Source: Bianqueaceae bacterium (GTDB taxonomy: Bacteria; Bacillota; Clostridia; Lachnospirales; Bianqueaceae). From it: a DNA stretch of 64,000 nucleotides. The position numbers and the translations under genes are program-made. The DNA is taken from positions 752 through 64,751 of the forward strand of contig JAZUHB010000045.1 of assembly GCA_045641505.1 (NCBI GenBank), given 5' to 3'. The notes beneath the pieces are model-generated. The model was not told the origin of the DNA, made no database searches, and was given only the letters and a program-made list of their open reading frames with translations. Positions 33,978 through 44,418 of the stretch are shown here, piece by piece. The number at the start of each line of letters is the position of its first letter. The stretch's first letter is position 1.

Positions 33978-36143
33978 TTATTTCTTATCCTTCAGCCACG
34001 CCCAGTACACGCGCAGGGCCACCCCGTGATGCAGCTGATAGGGGTGCCCGGCCACATGGTCGGGATGGCGAAAAGCCTTTTCATAGCGGTTCTCGGCGAC
34101 GATGTTTCCGTCCCCGTCCAGGAGCCGCAGCCGAACGGTGTAGTTCTTCTCCGGGTCGACCGTAAAGTCGAGATCGGAAACCTTCACGCGGGAATTCGGG
34201 CCGAGCCCGACCGCGCATTCCTTCTCGAAGACGATCTCCTCCTCATCCGTCCAGGCCAGGATCTCCGCGCGCAGCCCGCCGAAATCCTTCAGCAGGTCGT
34301 TCACGGCCCAGACCGCCACGGGAGCGGTGCGGGAAGCGTCCATCATGATTGCGACAGGCTGGTTGCTCTCCAGAAACGCCCGCTGGCCGGCCTTGGGAAG
34401 ACCGGTCCGGTCATAGACGCCGAAGTGACTGGAGGGCGCCGTGTCGGTAAACAGGAACTGGAAGTGTCCGCCGCAGGGCGCGAACTTCTGCAGACGGTAG
34501 TGCTCGATGAAGTACTTCAGGTACCGGTACTGATACTCATGAATGACGTCGATCCCGTCGACCACCGGTCCGAGGATCTTTACCAGCTCCGGATCCTTCC
34601 GCAGGGTCGAGAACACGGGAGGCGCGTCCATGCCGAATTCGGAGTTCAGCTTCTCGAGCTGGCCGAAAATGTTGGTGTAATGAGTATGCGAGCCGTGAAG
34701 CGAGCCCTCGTAGTTGTGGCTGTCGCCGCTCTCCGGGTCGTTGATGGCCCAGGAGCTCATGATATAGGGCGCGCCGGGCACGAGGGTCTGCACCAACTCG
34801 CGGAACTGCGGGCCGGGCCGGACCGTCGTATAGGAGTCGAGACGCGGCTCGTTCAGCAGCACCCAGCAGAAGATGGAGGGATGATCGCGCAGCATGCGGA
34901 TCACGGAGCCGAACACGCCGACCGCGCGCTCGGTCCAGGCCTCGTCCGTCGGATGAGTCCAGTTGAAATCTGAATCCTGAATCAGAAGGATGCCGGCCTC
35001 GTCGACCAGGTCATAGAACTCCTCCCGCTCCGTGTGGACGTGGATGCGCCAGGCGTTCACGCCGCACTGCTTCGCGTTGGCGATGTCGCGGCGGAAACGG
35101 TCGCAGTCATTGGCCGACACGTACACATCGGGGAAATAGGTGCAGCCGCGGAGATAGATCTTCTCCCCGTTCAGCTTGAAATAGACCTCGATCTCGTCGC
35201 GCTTGATCTCGATGCGGCGAAGGCCGAAGCGGCGGGTCGCGCGGAGAAGCTCTCTGCCGTCCCGGACGAGCTCGAGCTCTGCCCGGTAGCGCCAGGCCCG
35301 GCCCCGCTCCCAGACGGTCCAGAGCTTCGGATCCGAGAGAACCAGCTGATCGGTAAGGAGGTTTTCGCCCTTCTTCAGCACGATGCTTCCGTTCACGGCC
35401 GCCGCGGGCTTCGGATCACCTTCGAGGTAGAGCTTCAGACGGTACTGTGCTTTGCCCTCGATCTGACTCTTCAGTCTGAACTCGGGACGGACCGTCGCCT
35501 TGGAATAGTCCTCCGCCAACTCATAGGGAACATAGGGCGGCTCCGCCAGAGTGACGCCCTCGTGGAGAGTCAGCTCCACCCGGTTCCAGATGCCGACCGG
35601 GTTCGCGTCACGGGGCAGGAAGGTATCGGAATGCTCATAGGTACCCTTCAGCTGGTCGCGGATCAGGAAGAGGAAGCGGTCATTCTCCTGGCCTTCGACA
35701 ATCTTCTGCTCCAGCGGAGCGCTGACCTTGACGATCAGGAGATTGTCCTTTTCCTTCAGGATACCGCCGACCTCGAAGGAGAACGGCGTATTGTAGCCCT
35801 CGTGGCTGCCCAGGTAGACCTCATTCAGCCAGACATCGCAGAAGTAATCCACACCCATAAAGGTGAGCGTCGCGAACTCAGTCGGTCCGTCCGCGTCGAA
35901 GACGTTCCGGTACCACCAGGGCGCGGCGTTGAACTGCCGCAGCTCGAAGCCGTAATAGGGATTCTGTGCCAGCGAAAGCTGCAGGTGCTCCAGACGGTCC
36001 AGCGGCTGCCAGGGCGGCATCGCCTTCATGTTCGGCAGCCCGAACATCGTCTGGTCGAAATCGTAATTCATGATCTGATAGCGTTCGCCCAGGCAATGGA
36101 TATCCTGGAGAACGCCCCAACCCTTCGAGAGATCGATAATCAT
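33978..36143 (-). CDS. glycoside hydrolase family 2 (beta-mannosidase/beta-galactosidase-like), cytoplasmic
   Basis: GH2 sugar-binding region (VDYFCDVWLNEVYLGSHEGYNTPF), TIM-barrel region NAWRIHVH and acid/base WVLLNEP. Confidence 0.85.
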   Translation of the reverse strand: MIIDLSKGWGVLQDIHCLGERYQIMNYDFDQTMFGLPNMKAMPPWQPLDRLEHLQLSLAQNPYYGFELRQFNAAPWWYRNVFDADGPTEFATLTFMGVDYFCDVWLNEVYLGSHEGYNTPFSFEVGGILKEKDNLLIVKVSAPLEQKIVEGQENDRFLFLIRDQLKGTYEHSDTFLPRDANPVGIWNRVELTLHEGVTLAEPPYVPYELAEDYSKATVRPEFRLKSQIEGKAQYRLKLYLEGDPKPAAAVNGSIVLKKGENLLTDQLVLSDPKLWTVWERGRAWRYRAELELVRDGRELLRATRRFGLRRIEIKRDEIEVYFKLNGEKIYLRGCTYFPDVYVSANDCDRFRRDIANAKQCGVNAWRIHVHTEREEFYDLVDEAGILLIQDSDFNWTHPTDEAWTERAVGVFGSVIRMLRDHPSIFCWVLLNEPRLDSYTTVRPGPQFRELVQTLVPGAPYIMSSWAINDPESGDSHNYEGSLHGSHTHYTNIFGQLEKLNSEFGMDAPPVFSTLRKDPELVKILGPVVDGIDVIHEYQYRYLKYFIEHYRLQKFAPCGGHFQFLFTDTAPSSHFGVYDRTGLPKAGQRAFLESNQPVAIMMDASRTAPVAVWAVNDLLKDFGGLRAEILAWTDEEEIVFEKECAVGLGPNSRVKVSDLDFTVDPEKNYTVRLRLLDGDGNIVAENRYEKAFRHPDHVAGHPYQLHHGVALRVYWAWLKDKK

Positions 36144-36159
36144 GTTTTCCTCCGGTTAT

Positions 36160-37044
36160 TTACTCCTTCACCGCGCCGACGACGATGCCGTCCTTGATGT
36201 TGCGCTGGAGAAGGGGGAATGCGATCAGGATGGGAATGATGGAAATGATGATGAGCGCGGCCGTGACCGCCTGCCGGGGAGCGCCCTCCTCGCCGGCCAT
36301 GGCGTCGGTATAGGTGCTGGTCGTCTGCATCAGATTGTAGATATAGGTCTGCAGCGGATAGCCCTCCGGGTCCCGCATGTAGATCAGACCGCCGAACCAG
36401 TCGTTCCAGTGCCCGACCAGGCAGAGCAGCGACAGTGAGGCGATCGAGGGCTTCGAAAGAGGCAGGTAGATCCGGGTGAGGATCTGCCAGTGCGAGGCGC
36501 CGTCCAGCGAGGCGGATTCCCGCATCTCCTGCGGCAGGGTCCGGAAGAAGTTCATCATGATGATCATGTTCCCGATCGGAACTCCGCCCAGCACCAACGC
36601 CCAGATCGAATCCAGGAGTTTGAGGTCCTTCATCAGGATGTAGTAGGGGATGATACCGCCGGAAAAAAGCATCGAGATGAAGAAGAACACCACGAAGAAG
36701 CGACGGCCGTAGAAATCCTCCTTCGAAAAGGACAGCGGATACGCGCCGGAGACCGTAATCAGCATGCTCCAGAGCGTGCCGAGCAGCATGCGCTCCACCG
36801 TGATGCCGAAGGAACGGTAGACGGCAGGATCGCGGAGCACCTTCCGGTACGCGTCCGGCTGCAGGCCTACGGGCCAGAGTCCGACGGTGCCGGCGGCAGT
36901 CGAGGCCGCGTCGCTCAACGACACCGCCAGGATATGCACGAAGGGGACGACGGCGGCCAGGGCCAGAAGCGCGAGAAATACTGCGTTCACGACCCGGAAG
37001 CCCCGGTAGACGGGCGAATCCTTGATATGATTTCTGTTTTTCAT
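36160..37044 (-). CDS. carbohydrate ABC transporter permease
   Basis: EAA-like EMRESASLDGASHWQ. Start at the ATG preceded by GAGGAGG; the track ORF extends to 37107. Confidence 0.9.
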   Translation of the reverse strand: MKNRNHIKDSPVYRGFRVVNAVFLALLALAAVVPFVHILAVSLSDAASTAAGTVGLWPVGLQPDAYRKVLRDPAVYRSFGITVERMLLGTLWSMLITVSGAYPLSFSKEDFYGRRFFVVFFFISMLFSGGIIPYYILMKDLKLLDSIWALVLGGVPIGNMIIMMNFFRTLPQEMRESASLDGASHWQILTRIYLPLSKPSIASLSLLCLVGHWNDWFGGLIYMRDPEGYPLQTYIYNLMQTTSTYTDAMAGEEGAPRQAVTAALIIISIIPILIAFPLLQRNIKDGIVVGAVKE

Positions 37045-37054
37045 CGCCGCCTCC

Positions 37055-37978
37055 TCAGAACACCCGGTAGCCGAGCCTGCGGTCGGCAATCCAGTAGGAG
37101 ATGCCAATCAGCACGCAGGAAACGGCGGACTTGAACAGCCCGACGGTCGTACCGAAGGAATACTGTCCGCCGAGCAGCCCGACCCGGTAGGCATAGGTAT
37201 CGATGATATCCGCCGTTTCGATCACGACGCCGTTCATCAGGTTGAAGACCTGATCGAAGCCGGCATTCAGAACATTGCCCAGGTTCAGGATCGCCAGCAG
37301 CACCACAAAGGGCATGATGCCCTTCAAGGTCACATGCCAGGTCTGCTGCAGACGGTTCGCGCCGTCGATTTTCGCAGCCTCATAGAGGCTCGGATCGATG
37401 CCGGTGATCGCCGCCGAATAGAGGATCGCGGAAAAGCCCGCTTCCTGCCAGAGGTTGCTGACGATCAGGATCACGCGGAACCAGGTCTTGTCCCCCATGA
37501 AGTAAACCGGCTCGGGCAGGCCCAGGGCAAGAAGCGCCTGATTGACGATGCCGTACTTGGCAAAGACCTCCTTCACCAGCCCGCCCAGGATGATCCAGGA
37601 CAGGAAGTGGGGGAAGATCAGCATGCCCTGCACCGCGCCCTTGACGGGGCGGGAACGGAGCTCGTTGAGGAGCAGCGCCAGAAGCAGTGAAAAGAGCAGC
37701 AGCGACACGATCTTCATCAGCGCGATCACCAGCGTGTTCGTCAGGATCTGGTAGAAATCCTTCATACCGAACAGCTTTTCGAAGTAGCGCATTCCCACGA
37801 ATTTCTGGTTGAACATGCTCTTCGTGGGATTGTACTTCTGAAAGGCCAGCACGATCCCGTACATCGGGACGTAGCTGAACAGCGCTGTCGCGAGGAAGGC
37901 AGGCAGCATGATGAGATAGAGCTGACCTGATTTCCGAATCCGCCTGCGCGTCTCGCGTTTACTTACAGAGGCTTTCAC
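37055..37978 (-). CDS. carbohydrate ABC transporter permease (LplB type)
   Basis: LYEAAKIDGANRLQQ. Polytopic. Confidence 0.9.
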   Translation of the reverse strand: MKASVSKRETRRRIRKSGQLYLIMLPAFLATALFSYVPMYGIVLAFQKYNPTKSMFNQKFVGMRYFEKLFGMKDFYQILTNTLVIALMKIVSLLLFSLLLALLLNELRSRPVKGAVQGMLIFPHFLSWIILGGLVKEVFAKYGIVNQALLALGLPEPVYFMGDKTWFRVILIVSNLWQEAGFSAILYSAAITGIDPSLYEAAKIDGANRLQQTWHVTLKGIMPFVVLLAILNLGNVLNAGFDQVFNLMNGVVIETADIIDTYAYRVGLLGGQYSFGTTVGLFKSAVSCVLIGISYWIADRRLGYRVF

Positions 37979-38012
37979 TCTCTGCCTCCTTTCTCAGAAA
38001 TTCCGGATGATT

Positions 38013-39665
38013 TCAGCGGTTGCCGTACCAGGCATTGACCTCCTCGAGGATCCGCTCGCCGCCCTCCTCCAGCCACTCCTCGCAGAATTTGTCGAAGGAA
38101 TCGAGGGATTCGCCCATCACGATGTTGGTGTAGCATTCCACCATCATCTTATCGAGGGTGACCTTGTCGAAGGCCGCGTCCTCGGAGAGCATGCCGCGGA
38201 ACTCGTTGAACTGCAGCTTGCCCAGATAGCCGTCCATGACAGGCGCCGCCGAGGTGTAGATCGTATAGAGTTTCCAGCCCTCGCCGGTAATATAATCAGG
38301 CGCGGCGGGATCCTTCAGGAACTCGTAGGTCATGCGGGAGAAGGGATATTTCAAGATCTCCGCGTCGGGATCGGGCGCTGCCAGGACCTTGCGGATCTGC
38401 TCACCGATCACGTTGAAGGTAAGCACACCGTCGAACTGATAGGGCAGCGCGTATTCGCCGATCAGTTTCACGCTCTTGTGATCGGTCGTCATCCGCTCGG
38501 TGAGCCATTCCTGGTAGATGCCGCCGTCCGTCCACATTTCAGCCCAAAGGTTCATGGACTTGAGGAGCGCCTCGGGATGCTCATAGCCCTTCCGGATCAC
38601 GACATAGCCGTTCACGAACTGGCTGCCGGCCGGATGCGCCTCATGCGCTGCGTCCAGCGCGGGAAGGGGGAAGGCCTCCCAGGTCGCCTCAGGATCGTTC
38701 AGGAGACTGCCGGACAGAAGGCCGGGATAGAAATACTGGCCGAACACGATGCCGTACTGACCGACGGAGATCATTTCCTCCTCGGTGGAGCCCTTGGCGG
38801 CCCAGTCGGAGTCGATCAGTTCCTCGGCGAACATCTTCTGCATCAGCCCCAGCGCCTGCTTCATCTCCGGAGAGATGCCGCTGTAGGTCAGCTTGCCGGT
38901 CTTTTCATCGAGCAGGAAATAATCGTAATAGGCGCCGTACATCTGACTGAGCGAGTCGAAGGAAACGGAGCCGCAGCCCAGGAAGCTGAAGCCGGAGCTC
39001 TTGTTCGCGCAGAGACCGCTATCCTTCAGCGCCCGGATGTACGCGCAGAGCTCATCCGCGGTCGTGGGAGCGGAAAGTCCGAGCTGCTTCATCCAGTCCG
39101 TGCGGATCCACATGAAGCCGGTGTCGCCCGCGTAGGAGGAGGTCAGCGGAATGCCGTACAGGCGTCCGTCAACGGTCGGGAAATCGAGCAGGATCTTGTT
39201 GTCGTACTCGATGTTCTTCTTCAGCGTGTCGCTGGCGTAGTAATTGTAATAATCGGTCAGGTCCTCGATCTGGCCGTTCTCGATCAGGGTCTGCAGCTCC
39301 GCGCCGTCCACCAGGAAGCAGTCCGCCAGCTCATTGGCGGCGATATCCAGGTTCAGCTTGGTGAAATAGCTGGAATAATCGGTGCTCCAGACGGATTCCC
39401 ACTCCACATTCAGCTTCTCGCGGTAGAAATCGCGGATGAAGTTGTCGGACTTGGTTTCGCCGCGAACGTAGGTAACGCTCGTGTTCTGATAGCGGGGCTG
39501 GGTGATCACAAGAGTCTCCGGATAGGGAACCAGGGGACCGTCGTTCGGATCGAACTGAATCTCCTGATGGCTCTCTTCGTTCTCCGGACCGTTGCAGCCG
39601 GCCGCGGACATAAGCACAAAGCAAACGGCCAAAAGCAGGATGAAAAGTTTTTTCGCGTTTTTCAT
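38013..39665 (-). CDS. ABC transporter solute-binding lipoprotein (LplA type)
   Basis: Lipobox MSAAGC. 550 aa. Confidence 0.85.
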   Translation of the reverse strand: MKNAKKLFILLLAVCFVLMSAAGCNGPENEESHQEIQFDPNDGPLVPYPETLVITQPRYQNTSVTYVRGETKSDNFIRDFYREKLNVEWESVWSTDYSSYFTKLNLDIAANELADCFLVDGAELQTLIENGQIEDLTDYYNYYASDTLKKNIEYDNKILLDFPTVDGRLYGIPLTSSYAGDTGFMWIRTDWMKQLGLSAPTTADELCAYIRALKDSGLCANKSSGFSFLGCGSVSFDSLSQMYGAYYDYFLLDEKTGKLTYSGISPEMKQALGLMQKMFAEELIDSDWAAKGSTEEEMISVGQYGIVFGQYFYPGLLSGSLLNDPEATWEAFPLPALDAAHEAHPAGSQFVNGYVVIRKGYEHPEALLKSMNLWAEMWTDGGIYQEWLTERMTTDHKSVKLIGEYALPYQFDGVLTFNVIGEQIRKVLAAPDPDAEILKYPFSRMTYEFLKDPAAPDYITGEGWKLYTIYTSAAPVMDGYLGKLQFNEFRGMLSEDAAFDKVTLDKMMVECYTNIVMGESLDSFDKFCEEWLEEGGERILEEVNAWYGNR

Positions 39666-39675
39666 TGGAATCTCC

Positions 39676-41079
39676 TTACCACCAGCGTTCAGTGAGTTCC
39701 TGAAGGCCGGGCTCCACCGGATCGGGAGTCAGGCCGGGAATATACTTGCAGGCCTCCGCGAGGATCTCGCCGTAATGGCCGAAGGCGCCCGCCACATGAT
39801 GGATGTAGGGGCCTTCCACCAGCCGGTGCTCCCAGCGGGCCCAGTTTTCGGTTTCGATCCAGACATAGCTGCCCTTGTTCATCGGACCGTCGGTCGTATG
39901 GACCTCGCCGATCAGGAGGCTGTATTCTCCGTGATCGCCGTCGAAGCGGAGGACTGTGAGGTCGCCGTCCCGGAGCTCGTTCTGGATGATGCCGAAATTG
40001 TGATCGGCGTTGTAGGGATTACCCGTAAAGCGGACCGTCCGCGGATCCTTGGCCAGGTTGGGCGGGAAGTTGCCGCAGTGCCACAGAAGCTCCGCGTTGT
40101 CCTTATCGGGATGACGCACGGTGATATCGGAGAAGAAGGGCACGGAGGCAGAGGCCGCCTGCAGCATCACCGCGGTGACGGCGCCGTGGATATCCGTCTC
40201 GCAGGCCACGGGGATGCCCTCCTCGGTCAGGAGCGCGTTCGCCAGACAGGGCATGATGCCCGTATCGGCCTGCAGCGCCGACCAGCACTGGATCGCGACG
40301 GCGCGGCAGCCGTAAACGGCCGCGTAGTTCTTCATGGCCACCTTGAGCGCGGCGGTCTTCTCCAGGTTCTCCCGGCCGCCCGTGGCATCGAGGGCCGCGA
40401 TACGCTCCACCGTCTGCCGGAAATCTTCGCCGTTTTCGGCGATGACCCGCTGCATCTCCCGGGCGATGTCGGAGACCGCCACCGGGAACAGATGGACATC
40501 GAAGCGCTCCATCAGCTCATTTTCATTGCAGATCACGCTCATGAAGGGCTCTGGACGCGCGTCGATCTGCAGGATGTTGAGATGGCGGAAGGCCTTGACC
40601 ACACGGGCGACCGCCAGGAAGCGGTCGAAGCCCTGATGGAATTCCGCGCTGTCCACGCGGGAATTGGTCAGATAGGTAAAAGGCACGCAGTGACGGCGCA
40701 GGACCTTTCCGGTCGCGAACAGACCGCACTGGGAGTCGCGGGAGCGGATACCCTCTGCGTCGGGCCGGTCGTCGCGGGGGCCCCAGATCAGCACGGGCAC
40801 GCGCAGCTCGCGGGCGACCTGCGCCACCAGACCCTCGGAGCCGAAATTGCAATGCGGAAAGAAGATCGCGTCGATCTTTGCCGCCCGGAAGCGGTCGATG
40901 ACGGGAGTAAGGTCCGCCGGCGCGCGCAGCAGCTCTTCCTCGTTGATGCCGGCCAGATCCACGAGCTCGACCTCGTGCCGGGCCAGGCTTTCCTGCACCA
41001 GCACACGGTAACGGCCGGCCTCCTCACGGCTGAAGCAGTCGCGGCGGGTCGGGCAGAAGCCAAGTCTGATTTTCTCCAT
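39676..41079 (-). CDS. L-fucose/L-arabinose isomerase-family protein (second copy in the window)
   Basis: IPVACETDIHGAVT and overall family layout. 467 aa. Confidence 0.65.
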   Translation of the reverse strand: MEKIRLGFCPTRRDCFSREEAGRYRVLVQESLARHEVELVDLAGINEEELLRAPADLTPVIDRFRAAKIDAIFFPHCNFGSEGLVAQVARELRVPVLIWGPRDDRPDAEGIRSRDSQCGLFATGKVLRRHCVPFTYLTNSRVDSAEFHQGFDRFLAVARVVKAFRHLNILQIDARPEPFMSVICNENELMERFDVHLFPVAVSDIAREMQRVIAENGEDFRQTVERIAALDATGGRENLEKTAALKVAMKNYAAVYGCRAVAIQCWSALQADTGIMPCLANALLTEEGIPVACETDIHGAVTAVMLQAASASVPFFSDITVRHPDKDNAELLWHCGNFPPNLAKDPRTVRFTGNPYNADHNFGIIQNELRDGDLTVLRFDGDHGEYSLLIGEVHTTDGPMNKGSYVWIETENWARWEHRLVEGPYIHHVAGAFGHYGEILAEACKYIPGLTPDPVEPGLQELTERWW

Positions 41080-41089
41080 AAGTGCCTCC

Positions 41090-42262
41090 TTATTTTTCGT
41101 AGAATGCCTTGATGGCCTCCAGCACGGGCTTGGGCGTACCGTCGTCCCGAAGCAGTCCCCAGGAGCTCTCCATCGGGCAGTTGGTATCGCCGCATTCCCA
41201 GCAAGGGCCGGATTTATCGATATTGGAGAACCAGCACCAGCCGATCACCTCGGGGTGCTTTTCGAAAATCTCGAGGCAGGCCGTGGCATACTTGGCCTGC
41301 GTCTTCTCGCTGCGGATGTTCTTGTCCCATTCGAAGCTGAAGCGTTTGTCGCGGCAGACGGCGCTGTTGTAGCTCAGGTCATGGCTGTCGTTCTTCCGGT
41401 CCTCCGCCCGGTACACGTAGGAGGAATAGGAGAACTCCGTGATCATGATCGGCACGCCGGTCATCTCATAGTAGGTATCGATATAGGCGTCCCAGGTCTC
41501 GGCGCCGCCCTGGACGAGGGTACCGAAATAACTGTCGAGGCCCAGATAGTCGAGGCAGCTCCCCTCGCCGTAGAAGCGGGGGATCAGCCGGCGCGCGGAC
41601 GCGGCATCGGCCGCCGCGAAGATATTCACGCCGCAGTAGGCCTTCGGGTCGCCCTCTTTGATGCCCGCCGCGCAGGTGTTGATGTAGCCCGCGATCTGAG
41701 TGTCGTTCATCGGGCCGGTGTAGACGTTCAGGTTCGGCTCGTTGGAAATGATCCAGCAGGAGCAATACTCCGCCATGTCCTTTCCGATATAGCGGCAGGC
41801 CTGACGGATCAGCTTATAGAAATAATCGTCGTCATAATCGTCGAAGACCGCCGGCAGGTAGGAGGTCCATTCGATTTGGCCGGTGGAGGCATTGAAGGCG
41901 TGACCGCCGGGCGTGAAGGACTGGCAGACCACCTCGAGTCCGCAGGACGCGATAAGCTTCGCGGCGCGCTTCGCCACGAGGTAATTGTTTGATGGCGTTC
42001 CGTCGGCCCCGAAGGGATACGGAACGTGGATCTTCACAAAGGTGATCCCCGCCTCCTTGAGGACCTTGAGATTCTCCTCCGTCAGTCTTCCCAGCTCCGT
42101 CACGGCGACGCCGTGTCCGTTCTGCATCATCCTGACCTCGACCGGTTCATTGCCGGACTCCTCCTCTCCGGGCTTCCGGCAGGCGGAAGCGGTGCCCGCG
42201 CTGAGACAGAGCAGACAGATGGCGAAAAGGCCGCAGAGAATGCGGCAGCTGTGTTTATTCAT
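41090..42262 (-). CDS. lipoprotein, clan GH-A-like glycoside hydrolase (fourth paralogue)
   Basis: Signal ending LSAGTASAC. WIISNEPN and MITEFSYS. Start at the ATG preceded by AGGAAAGGA. Confidence 0.75.
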   Translation of the reverse strand: MNKHSCRILCGLFAICLLCLSAGTASACRKPGEEESGNEPVEVRMMQNGHGVAVTELGRLTEENLKVLKEAGITFVKIHVPYPFGADGTPSNNYLVAKRAAKLIASCGLEVVCQSFTPGGHAFNASTGQIEWTSYLPAVFDDYDDDYFYKLIRQACRYIGKDMAEYCSCWIISNEPNLNVYTGPMNDTQIAGYINTCAAGIKEGDPKAYCGVNIFAAADAASARRLIPRFYGEGSCLDYLGLDSYFGTLVQGGAETWDAYIDTYYEMTGVPIMITEFSYSSYVYRAEDRKNDSHDLSYNSAVCRDKRFSFEWDKNIRSEKTQAKYATACLEIFEKHPEVIGWCWFSNIDKSGPCWECGDTNCPMESSWGLLRDDGTPKPVLEAIKAFYEK

Positions 42263-42397
42263 TTTCGTTTTTCCTTTCCTTAGGGGATCCCTGAGGTTAT
42301 CACATATCATCTGATTCCACTTTATAATAGGTTCAAATCGGTCACAAGGCGAAATAACACCAAAAAAAGCAAATATCTACTCCCTGCCGTTTTCGCT

Positions 42398-42426
42398 TTG
42401 CCTTTTCACTCCGGAACGGGTATAAT
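42398..42426 (+). promoter_or_regulatory. promoter of the AraC-family gene
   Basis: TTGCCT-17 nt-TATAAT. RBS AAAGGAG lies 6 nt before the ATG at 42451. Confidence 0.5.
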
Positions 42427-42450
42427 GAGAAAAAAAGAAAGGAGAAAGCG

Positions 42451-43668
42451 ATGACTGCCTGCTATTCCCCGGACGCCCGACAGGACGAAAACCAAGGCCT
42501 GATCCGCAATCAGCTGTTCAACAACCTGCTGGACGGCATCAATCTGCCCGCCGATCCGACGGAGCTGATGAACCTTCTGGGCCTCGTTTCCGAGACCGAT
42601 AAGTACTACCTCGCCGTCGTGTTCTCCTTCGAGCCGATGGACCTGGCGGACACGGAACCGGGGCTCAACTGGCAGCCCGCGCTCCGCATCCAGACGATCA
42701 TCCAGGAGGAGCTGGGGAAGATTGCCGTGCACCGCTCGAGTCTCCGGGACTCCAACCGCATCGCCGTGCTGCTCCTGATGTATATGCCCGGCGACGAGTT
42801 CCGCTATGACCTTCAGAAAACGCTGGAGACCATCGAGCAGCGGGTCGCCGCCGAGTGCCGGATGAGCCTCTTTGCCGGCGTCGGGCTGGCCGACAACCGC
42901 ACCGAGGGCATCGTAATCGGCTACCGCCAGGCCTGCGACGCGCTGGAGCAAGGCCGCTTCTTCGGCTCAAGCTTCGTCTGCTATTTCTGCGACCTCTATG
43001 ACCGGGATTCCCGCCAGCTCACCCTTTCGCCCGCGATCAAGGAGCAGATCACCAAAAGCCTGTACGCGCGGCGCTTCGACCTGATCTCCCAGCTGATCGA
43101 GCAGGAGTTTTCCCGCTTCAACAGCCTGGGTCTGGCCACCCGCGACAATATCCTGTCCCTGAAAATCGACCTGACGGTCTTCCTGATGGATCTCTCCGGC
43201 AAGCTGGCTGCCTTCGCCGAAATGCCGCAGGTCTTTTCGCGGCTCATCAGTGAGTTCCTGGCCGCCGACAGTCTGCCGGCACTGGAGGAACTCTTGGAAC
43301 AGAAGCTCCGCGAGATCGCCCGGATCTCCGAAAACGCCCAGGAGAAGCGCGCGACCCGCATCGTGATGGATACGAAGCGCCTGATCTCCGACCGGATCAG
43401 CGAGCCCGTGAACGTACAAACTCTGGCCCTGATGCTGAAAATCAGCCCCAATTATCTAAGCTCCCTCTTCCGCCAGGAAACCGGCCAGCGGCTCACGGAA
43501 TACATCGCCTCAGTCAAAATGAAGCACGCCGCCAAGCTGCTTCTGGAGACCGATCTGCGGATCGGCGAGATCACGGAGGCCATCGGCTACGAAAACGCGA
43601 ACTATTTCTCCCGTATCTTCCGCAAGCAGTTCGGGATGAATCCCTCCGAATACCGGCATAAAAAATAA
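42451..43668 (+). CDS. AraC-family transcriptional regulator (no receiver domain recognised)
   Basis: C-terminal double HTH (LKISPNYLSSLFRQETG...AIGYENANYFSRIFRKQFGMNPSEYR). Confidence 0.85.
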   Translation: MTACYSPDARQDENQGLIRNQLFNNLLDGINLPADPTELMNLLGLVSETDKYYLAVVFSFEPMDLADTEPGLNWQPALRIQTIIQEELGKIAVHRSSLRDSNRIAVLLLMYMPGDEFRYDLQKTLETIEQRVAAECRMSLFAGVGLADNRTEGIVIGYRQACDALEQGRFFGSSFVCYFCDLYDRDSRQLTLSPAIKEQITKSLYARRFDLISQLIEQEFSRFNSLGLATRDNILSLKIDLTVFLMDLSGKLAAFAEMPQVFSRLISEFLAADSLPALEELLEQKLREIARISENAQEKRATRIVMDTKRLISDRISEPVNVQTLALMLKISPNYLSSLFRQETGQRLTEYIASVKMKHAAKLLLETDLRIGEITEAIGYENANYFSRIFRKQFGMNPSEYRHKK

Positions 43669-43706
43669 GCCCTCCGCTTCATGAAAGCGAAGAGACGGCA
43701 CAGACA

Positions 43707-43743
43707 AAAACTCCCCGGGAAGTTCCCGGGGAGTTTTCATTTT
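43707..43743. terminator. hairpin terminator (31-bp palindrome)
   Basis: AAAACTCCCCGGGAA-G-TTCCCGGGGAGTTTT followed by a T-run. Lies 26 nt from the stop codon of the GH31 3' remnant. Confidence 0.75.
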
Positions 43744-43761
43744 GAAAAGTTATCGGCGGCT

Positions 43762-43850
43762 CGTCATCCCCACACGCTCTTCTGTCCGGGGAACTCGTCC
43801 TCGGTGAGAAGCAGGAGCTCGCGGAGCGCGCCCTCGAGGCCGCGGTTCTG
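43762..43850 (-). repeat. left 89-bp direct repeat, an orphan copy of the last 28 codons plus stop of the GH31 gene
   Basis: 88/89 identical to 52928-53016. Encodes QNRGLEGALRELLLLTEDEFPGQKSVWG*. Confidence 0.95.
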
Positions 43851-43854
43851 AGGC

Positions 43855-44409
43855 TCAAAAACGCTTGAACTTATCGACTTTACTTTTGAAGTCCCAGTAA
43901 TCACCTTGAAGCATTCTCTGCATCTTCGGCGGCAAATTGACCATCAGATAATCATACAGTTCTTTCGAGAAAGCAACTTTGATTTGGGATGCGGAAAGAC
44001 GCCATTTGTTTATTTCGGTTTTATATCTTCTCGGAAAAACATCCTTGGAAATATAAATGTAAAAAACATCTGAGCTCAGAATCGAATCGCGGCGATCCAT
44101 ATAAGCATGAGTATACATTGCAATCCCGCATGACACGATCTCCTCATAGGCAATCACGCTCTTCCTGCAAAAGGGAACCTTGATTACTACCTGAGATTCC
44201 TGAAAATCACCGAAGGTGAAAAGGCTATACCTTTCTCTGTACATGAAGATTCCGAGAATAACATCCGCCGAAAAGAGAAATACCGCAAGAAGCATCCCGG
44301 CAGCGTCGCTACTGACCGAGCTGATACCCAATGCCGCACCCAAAACAGCAATGATCAGAATCGCTATGGCGCAATACGCATTGATCCAGGCGCCCAGATA
44401 TTTCTTCAT
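43855..44409 (-). CDS. membrane protein (2 TM helices plus soluble domain), possible extra or orphan immunity protein
   Basis: 184 aa, AT-rich. Lies 9 nt downstream of the orphan immunity gene. Function inferred from position only. Confidence 0.5.
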   Translation of the reverse strand: MKKYLGAWINAYCAIAILIIAVLGAALGISSVSSDAAGMLLAVFLFSADVILGIFMYRERYSLFTFGDFQESQVVIKVPFCRKSVIAYEEIVSCGIAMYTHAYMDRRDSILSSDVFYIYISKDVFPRRYKTEINKWRLSASQIKVAFSKELYDYLMVNLPPKMQRMLQGDYWDFKSKVDKFKRF

Positions 44410-44418
44410 AAGTTTATT

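Noticed and set aside
42406-42951. 181-aa minus-strand ORF
   Set aside because: It is antisense to the 5' half of the AraC-family gene and has no supporting signals.
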